A stretch of 64,000 nt of DNA from positions 1,573,492 through 1,637,491 of the forward strand of contig CM074822.1 in NCBI GenBank assembly GCA_037447605.1. The letters run 5' to 3'. Origin of the DNA: Zygnema circumcarinatum SAG 698-1b (lineage: Eukaryota; Plantae; Zygnematophyceae). The notes below the pieces were generated by a model. It worked only from the letters and a program-made list of their open reading frames with translations. It searched no databases and was not told the origin of the DNA. A program made the position numbers and the translations under genes. The first letter of the stretch is position 1; the number at the start of each line of letters is the position of its first letter. Shown in pieces: positions 12,901 to 23,869 of this stretch.

Positions 12901-13965
12901 CAAGAAAATACAAATTGTTTAAAAGAAGGGTAGTGATATTTCCACCCCTTTTTTGGATCCAAACACCCCTGCCCGGCCGGGCAGACATAAAAAAGGACAA
13001 ATAACGGAAAATGGCGTTTTCACACCTTTTTAGAATCCATACAACACATTTTTCCGTAGGGCAAATTTTATTTTACAAAAAAAGGTCGAAACCCTGCCAC
13101 AAGATGTACTGTACTTGCATTTCGGTACATTCCTGTACGGTATTGTACGGCATCCTATCAGTTCCGTTGAGTTAAAGCTCGATCCGAACCTCTACTCGCC
13201 CGTAAATCCAGGAACGTAAGATCCAACTGAGACACAACACGTGCACAAATTTATACACGTGGCGGATAACCATTGGCTATAGGTCAAGGCCCGACGCTAC
13301 ATGTGCAGCCGATTAACGGCCGTTTCACGGTCCTATGTTCTTGTAACTGCCCCACAGAACAAGACCAAAAATTGACTAAGATCAGTCCAAGGTTGCGAAA
13401 CTGGCTATGTTCTATGGAAATTTTCAGTCAGGCCGACATTATGGACTTATGGATGGGGTCCAGCCATGGGCATGGCTTCATATTGAGCATGGCCATCGCC
13501 AGAGCAAGCCATAGGTTGTAAGCCCCATAGGTTGTAAGGCTTAACATACATCCTTTAGAACATAAAGCTTACATTGTTTGGTGAATCGACTTCTTGAACA
13601 CAAATTATGTTCCATAGGGTTCCTGCCGCTCAGCAAGAGGCAGGCTATTCCTCAAAAGATAGAATTGGTTCTACACAGTCTGAAGCTTTGCTTCTATTCC
13701 AAAAACACTTGTCAACTGGCAGCCCACTGAGGTGTGTAAATGAGCCAAAAGATTAAGCAAGACATTACTACAATCTACAACAAACTCTTTTGTTCCTTGA
13801 TTTTGTACTCTCTTGTGATAGCTCTCTCGCCTCTAGATGGATGTTCTATTGAAGCTCTATCGCCAGATGTTGTTTTCATGACAACNNNNNNNNNNCAAAG
13901 AACTCATTGCAAAGGACTTAAGGACAAAAAAAAAAGGTAAGGGTAGAAACTTACCCTAAGCTCAA

Positions 13966-15637
13966 CTACCCTGCCCCCTCTGAAAGCAGCTCGGAAGGTC
14001 CTTCATCGATGGTGATCACTTTTTGCGAGCAAGTTCTGGAGTTATGCCCTGCTTGACTACAAACCCTACACTTAGGTCCTTCTACATATTCAAAGTGAGA
14101 TTTATCTCTGATGATGCTTGTCTTCTTCTTAGAACCTGCTGGTCTACCACGTTTCTTAACTACAACTAAAGGCTCTTGAATTTCGACTTCTGGCGTATCC
14201 AGGACTTCACTAAGGCGAGCCATCAAGCTGCCTGCACGAGGATTCCCAACACTGAGTACTTCCTGTAAAGTACCTGTCATCTTCTCCATAAATGGTTCAT
14301 ATGGTAGCGCAACTACATTGACACTTGGAAAAGCCAAAGGATTCCTGATCAATAGCCACAGCTCATGAATATCTTGTAAGTAGATTGGAGTTTTGGTTTC
14401 TAAACAGCCCCGAATATAATGATGACAGGATAGTCCCCACGACTTTTTGAACTGCATACTGCATATCTGCTCTTCATATCCCCCATTTTCAGCCAGTTTT
14501 AACTGTTCCAACAGTTTGTCCAAAGTAAATTCAGAAACCTTGAAGATCAAATCCTTGAAACAATGATGGTTGAAACGATGTGCCAATCGTTGTTTCTGCT
14601 TCTCAATAGGAGCATTGAGTTCTACCTGTTGATTAGCCAGCATAAGCCCCAACCGCTTTGTTGCCAGAAATAAGTGCAATGTTCCCACACCAAGATATGA
14701 CTTGATCTTATGATGGTTTCCCTCTACTCGAGATGTGCTAGCATTACCAAAGTGGGGAAACTCATCTACAAAGCATGCTACAAATCTCTCCTTGTATGGC
14801 ATCCATGTCTTGTTAACGTAATGCCAAGCAGCTGGGTGACTTTTTAAGTAAGTCTCTTTAAACGCACCTAAAGCCGCCTCAAAGAGTTCAACCGATTTGC
14901 TCGAGACAACCCGATTCCATCGCTTCATAAACTCCTCCCATTCGACATCAGAGAAGCTTATCTTGCAATTAGCAAGCACGTTTTTATTAATGTGCCAACA
15001 ACAAAGGAATATTGTGGCAGCCCGGAAAGACTTGTGCAATCCCGTTCATTAAAGCCAACTCTCGGTCTGTGCATAGGACCTTAGGAGTTACAACCACAGA
15101 AAATTGTTGCAAAACCCAGGTGTATGCCTCCTCGTTTTCCTCGTGCATGAACGCAAAGCCAGCATTAAATGTTGCATACGTGGATGTGATGCCAACCACA
15201 TTCAGTAGAGGCATGCCAAACTTATTAGTCTTGTAGGTGCAGTCAAGAAGGAAGACTGTATTGAATGTCTGGCACATATTGACTGATGATTGGTGCATAA
15301 AGAACACACAATCAACCACGCCTCCCACCAGCCGTACCTTACTGAAATAGTTCGTACAGGAGATTAGCTCCACTAATGCTTCAATGGGTCTGCGGTCTCT
15401 TAACTCCTCTGCTCGAGCAACCTTAAGCTCGTTGTAGATGTCCCTGGCTGTTGAGCGGCTATTTCCAAACTCTTCTCGAAGAACGCTGATAACATTCTTT
15501 GGTGCCAAGCCTTGGCCACTAAGTGCTCGCACTCTAGCCTTCTCTGGACTGCTTAAGCGTCGTGTCACTGCATGGCCTGCCAAGTTGACATCTAGCTCAT
15601 GGTTGTGACTGCCGCAAATTTTGCGAACTGCCCAAAC
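13966..15637 (-). pseudogene. MULE/FAR1-type transposase, main part (frameshift near 15010)
   Basis: HNHEL, LLDCTYKTNKFGMPL, TDRELALMN, CCWHINKNV, TSRVEGNH, C-terminal CRVCSQAGHNSRTC zinc knuckle; truncated at 15638 by a family A LTR. Confidence 0.85.
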
Positions 15638-15846
15638 TGTTGATGTATGGAGTACATCAAGGTGTTGGTACTTAGTTCCTAGCATGAATGTTGTCCGGGA
15701 GATCAATGTGCTGGTATAGGGACAATGTCATGCATGAATGGTCATGTTTGGCGTAGGACCGAACATGGGGGGTGCCCGTATCATTAGGGCACGGTACGGC
15801 AGGTCTAGGAATAGTCTAGGGTCGTAGGTTTGCGGCTTTGACTTTA
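15638..15846 (+). mobile_element. Family A LTR, 5' part, inserted into the MULE transposase
   Basis: Matches the first ~210 bp of LTR1; runs into an N gap. Confidence 0.85.
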
Positions 15847-15856
15847 NNNNNNNNNN

Positions 15857-18280
15857 TCGCTTCCCATGTGCTATGTTCAACCCCATAGCCCAACCATTTC
15901 ACGAGGTATTCGTGACGGGAAGAACGACCCTTTCTCACAATACGGTGGGCTTGAATGGTTTCAACTTCATACTCAAGTTCACCCTCAAGTTCCATTGGTG
16001 GGGGAGGTGGCTGGATCCTCCCATCGCTGCGGTAGGCCTTTAGCAATCCCACATGAAAGACCGGATGCACCTTCATATGAGCTGGTAAATCCAACCGGTA
16101 AGCGACATCATTGATTCGCTTCACGACCTTGAAGGGTCCGATGAAGCGGGGCCAAAGCTTACGTGTTCCGCCATAAGCCTTGAGTCTCAAGTGCGCCGTA
16201 CTTTACAACACCTCATCGCCCTCATTGAAGGTGAGTTGAGTACGGTGACGGTCAGCATAGGCCTTTTGTTGCGACTGGGCCGCTAGCAGGGTCTGCCGTG
16301 CCCTCTGCAGCGCCTCAGACATTAGCCGGACAAAAGATCGGACTGCGAGAGGTTGAGTCCCATCAGTTCCTCTCAGCTTCCAAGGATCGCGGGTTCTGTG
16401 GACGCCCATGTTCCANNNNNNNNNNGAGGTAAACCAAAACAAACTCGTCCATGCCGATGAACATCTCGTTCATGACAGCTTGGAAAGTTGCCGGAGCATT
16501 AGTCAGTCCAAAGGGCAATACCTTATATTGGAAATGACCAATCGGCGTCCGGAACGCAGTTTTTGGCACATGAGCGTCCGTGACGCGGATCTGATGGTAC
16601 CCTTGAGCAAGATCGAGTGAAGTAAACACTCTGGCGCCGTGAAGACGATCCAACAGATCATCAATACGTGGTAAAGCAAAACGGTTCTTTACGGTGATCT
16701 TGTTGAGTGCGCGATAATCAATGCACATCCTCAACGAACCATCTTTCTTCCCAACGCAACAGCGATGGGTGCCCCAAAGCGCTCTTAACCGGTTCCCATC
16801 CACCCTTTCACGTAAAGCGCTAACTGCTTTCGTGATCTCCCCGGGTTTCTTTCGGCTTAACCGAGTAGGATCGGGCCGCCATGCTTTTGCTCGCTCAAGA
16901 GGGATTGTGTGCCCCACCCCTCATGGTGGTAACCTCTTGGAAGGTCGTCGCGGAAAAGATTATCCGAACTCATCCAACAAAGTTGATTTTGGTGGAACGG
17001 GTCCGCATAATATCCGTGATGTGATTCGCCATTCTCGATCTTTTGGTCATGAACATCCCTCGCTGCCATGACATGCACCACATGAACAAGGTGCAACCTT
17101 CCTAATCATGGCCAATTGCATACCGAAAGCAATGATAAGGGAGGGGTTGTGCTGCTTGATACAGAGGATGTGGCTTTGCTACCGCGTTGTACCGCCACCA
17201 TCGGGTGGCAGAGAATGCAATGTGGGACGTAAAAAAGTCCATTTGTGCTTTTGACCATGGTTAACCAAGCACTCCCCAAAATAAATATCACATTCTCGTG
17301 GAGCCAGCTGTGTTAAGACACTTGACCGCCTCGAGCAGATTGAGCTTGATCTTGAGTGTGACGCTACTTTAGACCGCCCTTAAGGCCCATCCTCGAAAAG
17401 TAACACTTCTCAATGGGACTGCGGGTCAACCCAAATCTTCGGTGAACGCAGTAATCAACAAAGTTAGCATCTGCCCCAAGATTCAGCAAGAGAACCGCTG
17501 GGTGGCCATTGGCCGACCTCGGCGAAGGTCATGGCAATTCCATGGGCAAGGTGGAACATAGATCGCGACTATATGCTAAGGTTGAGGACGCAGCTGTCCT
17601 CCACACCAGCAGTGTAGGGGATCCAACTTCAGCGAACCGGGTGGATCCTTCCACCAACTTGTGCCCTTTCCTCAACTGTTTCACCAACCGCCAGTTGGCG
17701 TTGGGAAAAGTGCGAACTGCCAAGTGCTGAGGAATCAGCACATGCAGCCCAAGGATATGGGATGTGTCCCGCATGACATGCATGGCATTCGTGGCACAAT
17801 TCACCAAGACATCATTACCCATGACATTGAGGATAAACACATTCCATTGACCATGCATCACCTCATCCATAAGTCCAGAAGGAGTCACTACAGTGGCAGG
17901 GGAAAGCGAAATGGAAGAAGGAAGTACATCCAACACAAAGAGATCTTGCACTCCCAAAGGTCTGCCAATCAATTCAGGAATGTCCGAGGTTCTAAGAAAC
18001 AAATGTCCCCTAGTCATGGTAGCAGTCTCCATCCCTCCCCCTAACCTAGCATGTCCACCAGCAACGACCCCTAAGCTGCTGGTGGGTTGGGGTTTTCCGG
18101 CCCCTTGCCCTTCTTGTCCTTGGTGTTCAGAGGGCAATCCCTGGCCTTGTGCCCCTCCTTGCGGCAGCGGAAACACTTATTTTCCCGCTGCATCTTCTCC
18201 ATTTCTTCTGGAGTCAACTTCTGCGGCCGTGCAGTGGGTGGGCGGGCAGCCACTTCCGGCTGCTTCCGCTTGTTCTTTCC
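15857..18280 (-). pseudogene. Ty3/Gypsy chromovirus fragments: gag end, MTase-like insert, protease, RT, integrase C-terminus with chromodomain
   Basis: CFRCRKEGHKARDC knuckle; [11 protein letters not shown] and [13 protein letters not shown]; KLWPRFIGPF; EYEVETI...YLVKWLGYGVEHSTWE; broken by gaps and frameshifts. Confidence 0.85.
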
Positions 18281-18290
18281 NNNNNNNNNN

Positions 18291-18751
18291 AATGGCAGAC
18301 CGCCACGTGTTCCTCTCTGACTCGAATGGGTCAGAGGTGTACAACGTACGAATGCTCGCCGCATTCCGCAGCGCGCGCCGCGACGCGGCGCGCCGCCGTA
18401 CGTCGGTGCACGGTCGGATCATACGCGCGCGGCGCGGGGTCCGACTGACAGTCCGTCCGTACCAACGGTAACCCGTAATTGTACGGACGACGGTTACGTT
18501 CCAAAACGTAAGGAAGATGTGGTCGGGATTCCGTGATCCCTCGACCACATCGGCGACGCGATACATATATGTCTCGGTATACCGCGCCGCATCGAACCCT
18601 TGCAACCTTCGCAAGGTTCGATCCCAAGACCCTTCCCGGTCCTAGGTGGTCCCCGACGCCTTGGCCACTCGGCCCGCGCCCGGGGTGAGAGTACTAGGAC
18701 GGAGCGCGCCCTAAGTACAACTCCCGTGGGTGACTGTAGCGTTTCGCTACA
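18291..18751 (-). repeat. Gypsy family C LTR (5' part)
   Basis: Minus strand begins TGTAGCGAAACGCTACAGTCACC; downstream part homologous to 28330-28520. Confidence 0.8.
18610..18685 (-). promoter_or_regulatory. tRNA-like A-box/B-box module in a second Gypsy LTR variant
   Basis: GGGCCGAGTGGCCAAGGCG ... GGTCTTGGGATCGAACC on the minus strand. Confidence 0.55.
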
Positions 18752-18857
18752 CCACCCGTTTCTCCTTGCTCCTCTTGACAGTGAGTACCACTCCTTCCTG
18801 TTTATGGCTGTTCCTGAGATCTTCAATCAACTCCTCCTGCGTAGCGAACTCCATCAT
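18752..18857 (-). pseudogene. N-terminus of the MULE transposase, cut off by the Gypsy insertion
   Basis: Manual translation MMEFATQEELIEDLRNSHKQEGVVLTVKRSKEKRV resembles a FAR1-type N-terminus and lies just inside the TIR. Confidence 0.65.
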
Positions 18858-19098
18858 CTGGTGCGTCGCGCGAACTGCTTGAAGGGGGGGGTTGATGGGG
18901 CAGGGCGGACGCACTCTTTAGGGTTTCGACCTTTTTTTTGTAAAATAAAATTCGCCCGACGGAAAAAGGTGTTGTATCAATTCTAAGAATGTATGAAAAC
19001 GCCATTTTCCGTTATTTGTCCTTTTTTATGTCTGCCCGGCCGGGCAGGGGTGTTTGGATCCAAAAAAGGGGTGGAAATATCACTACCCTAAAAGAAAT

Positions 19099-19397
19099 GG
19101 TAGTGATATTTCCACCCCTTCTTTGGATCCAAACACCCCTTTCCGGCCGGGCAGATTTCAAAAAGGATTAAAAACGGAAAATGCTTTTTTCACACCTTTT
19201 TGAAATCGATACCCACCCTCCATCGGCAGATTTTGTTTTTGCGAAACAAGGAAATAACCCGTCACCCCATTTTCAATATCCCGCCTACCTGGATTTTTTT
19301 TCACGTGTGCGGTCAATCGTAGCCGTCAATTCCCTCGCAGATCGCAACACGGCAGATCACTATTTGCTCTGCAGCCGGGCTCGGTCACAGTGAATGG
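19099..19397 (+). mobile_element. Second, diverged MULE-family terminus next to the first element
   Basis: GGTAGTGATATTTCCACCCC...ACACCTTTT repeats the TIR about 10 bp after the right TIR ends. Confidence 0.7.
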
Positions 19398-19577
19398 NNN
19401 NNNNNNNAGCTACTTCTCCCCTTACTCACTACCTTGCGACACAAGCAGGGCAGCCCAGCAACACGAGCAGGCACAGAGTAAGTCACGGGTATACAGTAGT
19501 CTAATGTGGTTATCCTACATAAACAAGCTAAACCCTATATACCGCCATGGCCGTGGTTACGTGACATNNNNNNNNNN

Positions 19578-21496
19578 CCGGGGTAGGTCCCACATAATGC
19601 CGGAGGTAATCCTCCAGGATCCTGTTCACTTGTTCCGTGTGGCCATCGGTTTGCGGGTGGAAAGCTGTACTCAAGGCCTGCTTGGTCCCCACGATTTTGA
19701 GCACTTCCGTCCAGAAATGGCCGGTGAATCGTGGATCACGGTCAGACACAATTTTTGACTGAAGACCATGCTGGCTCCACACTTTGTCAACATACAACCG
19801 TGCAATCTCGTCGGCCCCAGTTGTCTTAGTAGTTGGTGCAAAGTGCACCATCTTGCTGAGCCGATCAACAAAGACAAGGATGGAGTCATGCCCCCTAGGT
19901 GTCACAGGAAGATCTGTGATCAAGTCCATGCCCACACTGTCCCATTTCCGAAAAGGAGGTGTGAGGGGTTGCAGCTGGCCAGGGATCCTGCCAGTGCGGG
20001 GTTTGTTGCGTTGACAAGTTGGACAAGCGAGTACATACGCTTTTACATCCCTCGAGAGTCCAGTTCACCACAACTCTCGGAGTAGTGCCTCACGGGTCTT
20101 GGCAACTCCCATGTGACCTCGGTACGGAGGATCATGTAGCTCACTCAGAATGAGCTGCCGTACAGTCCCGGCCTTGGGCACGACCAACTGCTGGCCGTGG
20201 TACCAGAATCCGCCCTTAGACACCACTTTGTCCTTATAGCCATTACCTTGGCCATCCAAGAACAAAGGATCACCAGCGTACCCAACCTGAATCATCTGTC
20301 TGAGATCNNNNNNNNNNCTTGATCTTTGTCATGCACATCCTCAGTGGCTGTCATGACATGCACCATAAACAAGGTGCAACCCTCCTTTACTGCTTTGGTC
20401 AGTTGCATGGCCGAACAGAGATAAGGGTCATCCAACTGTTTGGTAACAGTGGATGTGGATCTGCCAGGGTGCAAGGTTATGCGCCTGTCACCACTGTGCA
20501 GAATGCAATGTGGGATGGAGAAATCTAGTTGGGCCTTGACCATGGTTATCCAAGCACTCCCCAAAATAACATCAGTTCCAGGGGCCAGCTGTGTCAAAAG
20601 ACACTTGACTGCTCCGGAGTAGGATTGGAGCTTGATCTTGAGTGTGACGATGCCAGAGATATGGCCCTTGCGTCCATCCCCGAAAGTAACACTTTCTGAA
20701 TGGGGATCTGTGGTCAACCCAAATCTCTGGGTGAATGTAGAACTAACAAAATTAGCATCTGCCCCAGTATCTAACAGTATAACTGCTGGGTGGCCATTGG
20801 CTGACCCGGTGAAGGTCATGGCCCGATGGGCAAGATGGAACATAGATCGCACTATATGCGAGGGTTGAGGACAAATCGTCCTCCACACCAAGGTGTAGGG
20901 TGATCTAACCAGCGAACTGGTGGATCCTTCCATCAGTTGCACCATTTGATGCCCTTTCCTCAACTGTTTCACCAACCGCCAAGTAGCGTTGGGAAAGGTG
21001 CGAACTGCCATGTGCTGAGGAACCAGCACATGCAGCCCAAGGATGTGGGATGTGTCCCTCATGACATGCAAAGCATCCATGGAACATTCCACCAAGACAT
21101 CATCGCCCATTACATTGAGGATAAAGACATGCCATTGACCATGCATCACTACACCCATGAATCCAGAAGGAGTCACTACCGTGGCAGGGGAGAGAGAAAT
21201 GGAATCCGGAAGCGCATTACACACAAACAGGTCATGCATTCCAAAAGGTCTGCCCATCAATTTCACAATGTCCAGAGTTTTAAGGAACAACCATTTCCTA
21301 ACCCTGATGGCAGCCATTTCTCCCTTATCCCCTAGCCTATCCTCCCCACCAGCAACGACTCCTAAGCTGCTGGTGGGTTGGGGTTTTCCGGCCCCTTGCC
21401 CTTCCTGTCCTTGGTGTTCAAAGGACAATCACAGGCCTTGTGGCCCTCCTTTCTGCAACGGAAACATTTGTTCTCCCGCTGCATCTTCTCCATCTC
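19578..21496 (-). pseudogene. Ty3/Gypsy fragments: gag end, MTase-like insert, protease, integrase core
   Basis: [11 protein letters not shown] protease; GMDLITDLP, VDRLSKMVHF, SDRDPRF, HPQTDG integrase; gaps. Confidence 0.85.
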
Positions 21497-21506
21497 NNNN
21501 NNNNNN

Positions 21507-21748
21507 TTGGCCAGAGGGTCTGAACCGTACATCCCATCATGTGTTGAAGGAGCTTGAACGCTGCTCGTGAAAACCCTTGAGTGCGCTCGAGGACGAGCCC
21601 GGTTTAGGTGGGGAGGAATGTAGCGAAACGCTATACATGTGTTGTATGGCCTAGTACTTACATCCGCGGTTGCCTTTTAATGGTAAAGCACTGGTGTGGG
21701 TACCGGGAGGTCCTGTGTTCGAACCTTGCCAAGGGCAGGTTTGTTACA
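21507..21748 (+). mobile_element. TRIM copy 2 (internal part, PPT and 130-bp 3' LTR 21619-21748), inserted into a Gypsy C LTR
   Basis: Reverse-complement homolog of 33138-33400; PPT TTAGGTGGGGAGGAA; 5' end lies in a gap. Confidence 0.85.
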
Positions 21749-21860
21749 TCCTAGGTGGTCCCCGGCGCCTTGACCACTCGGCGCGCGCCCGGGGTGAGAG
21801 TACTAGGACGGAGTACGCCCTAAGTACACCTCCCGTGGGTGACTGTAGCGTTTCGCTACA
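21749..21860 (-). repeat. Gypsy family C LTR 5' end, inserted 18 bp into a Copia LTR
   Basis: Nearly identical to 18640-18751; abuts Copia LTR stub 21861-21878 and PPT. Confidence 0.8.
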
Positions 21861-23869
21861 AGCACACTAACACTAACAATCCCCCTCTTGGACTCAGTTT
21901 CTCATGAGCCCTAGCCCAATGAGTCTGCTATTCACTAGTAGTGTCTCCCCGCTAACTCCCTTAGTCAACATATCCGCAGCCTGCTCCTTCGTCCCCACGA
22001 ACTTCACAACAATCATCCCCTCCTCTACCAATTCTCGCACAAAATGATATTGCACTCTGATGTGCTTTGTTCTCTTATGGAACACAGGGTTTTCAACAAG
22101 AGCAATGGACGACTGGTTATCCGTGAACAAAGTCAAAGGACGTTGTGGCCTCTTACACTCATCAAAGAAATGTTGGAACCAAACTCCCTCCTTCAAGGCC
22201 ATGCGACATGCCTCATGTACCGCTTCGCTGTGACAATCTAACCGGTCTGTACTCTTCCGAAGCCCATGAGATCGCCTTCCACTTGCCGTAAACAACCGGA
22301 GTGTCGACGCGATGTGTCCACGCCACCTCCCCAGTCAAAGTCGGTGTATCCACGAATTTGTTCGCCTCGTAACGGAGTCCGCATCTAAGGTCCCCTCGTG
22401 ATGAACCTAAAAGATTCGCTTACTCGGCCCCAAATACCAGTGGCCGGATTCTTATGAACTCACTCGCTGTGCTCACAAATTAAGTCCTGGCCGGGTACCA
22501 ATCATTAGGTACATTAGACTTCCGATAGCAGATCTGTACGGCACTCCGTACATGCGCTGAACCTCCGCGTCCGTCGCGGGCTCCATATCTTTCGACAATC
22601 TCGCGCCGATCTCCATCGGGCTGGTGCACGGTCTCCACTCCTCCATATTGAATCTCGCAAGTAGATCCGCGGCGTACTTCTTTTGACTTAGGAACAGACT
22701 TCCGTCCTGCCCCCTCTTCAGCTGTATCCCCAAGAGATACTGCGCCTCCCTTAGATCCGACATCTGGAAGTTAGCTTGCAAAAGCTTCTTCAGATCATTG
22801 ATTCTCTCAAGTGAGAGACTCACCATAATGAGGTCATCCACGTAGATCCCAACGTGCGCACATGAGATCTCCTCCCTCTTGTCGACGGAATGATCCTCGC
22901 CTCAAAAGCGCCGCAGAACTGCTTTCTCCTAGAAGATCGCCAATCTCGCATTGCATCCCGGTGCTCGCTTCGCCCTCGCGGCATGCATTCTCACTAGGCG
23001 CATGCACGCAGATGCTCCCCGCCCCGGTGACAACTTTCCTTCGCCGCTTCCATGTGATCTCCTCGCCACATCTCCGCATGCAAACGCGTCTTGATATCTC
23101 CTCCAACTCCATGGACATGCATCCCTCAACAAATTAGGGCACTGAGGGAGTTAACTTCACCACCGCAAAAGTCTCCATGTAGTCGATTCCGTACTTCTGG
23201 CTGTATCCCTTTGCCACCAGCCGCGCCTTGTAACGGTCGACACTCCCGTCCGCCTTCCGCTTCACCTTGAACACCCACTTGCATCCAATGGCTCTCCTTC
23301 CCTTCGGCAGCTTCTCCAGTCGCCACGTCCCGTTCTCTATCAGACTATTCCACTCGCTATCGATCGCTGCTCGCCACTTCGCTCCATCGACCCCATCGTG
23401 AGCCTCCTCGAAGGTTTGCGGCTCAGTGATCATGTAGTAGTGGGCAACTCCTGCGAGGTCAGCAGAGTCCGTAGGCACTCTCTCCTGCATCAGGTTAGTC
23501 TGCGACGGCCTGTATCGTTCAGGCCTCCTCACAACACGGGTGCTCCTCTGCGGTCCTTGCGTTCTCCCACTCCTCGAGTTGAAGAAAATTCCGGGAACAA
23601 ATCCCGGAGGCATCCTTGCCCTCATCGCGTCTCTCTCAGCCATCTCCAAGTCCTCAGACTCCTGCCCGTGCAAAGGTACAGTTTCGACCGAGTCTTCCTC
23701 ATCCGACAGGTGAGTGTGTAGTGGGGCCGTCTCCGTCGATTTCTCTGGCTCCCCCGCTTGCGGCTCTTCGGGTTCGACTCCCGCCTCCGCCTCGACGTCC
23801 GGTGTTGCTCTCGAGTCAGCTCCTCCGCTCTCCGGCGTGCTGATCTCCTCCAAAACCGGNNNNNNNNNN

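Larger units (their letters stand above)
12928..19088 (-). mobile_element. Mutator-like DNA transposon (MULE) with nested LTR insertions
   Basis: ~165-bp TIRs (12928-13095 and 18920-19088, GGGTAGTGATATTTCCACCCC...); 8-bp TSD TAAAAGAA at 12920-12927 and 19089-19096; internal MULE transposase; several gaps inside. Confidence 0.8.

Noticed and set aside
19408-19567. Short island between two gaps
   Set aside because: No match elsewhere in the window and too short to assign
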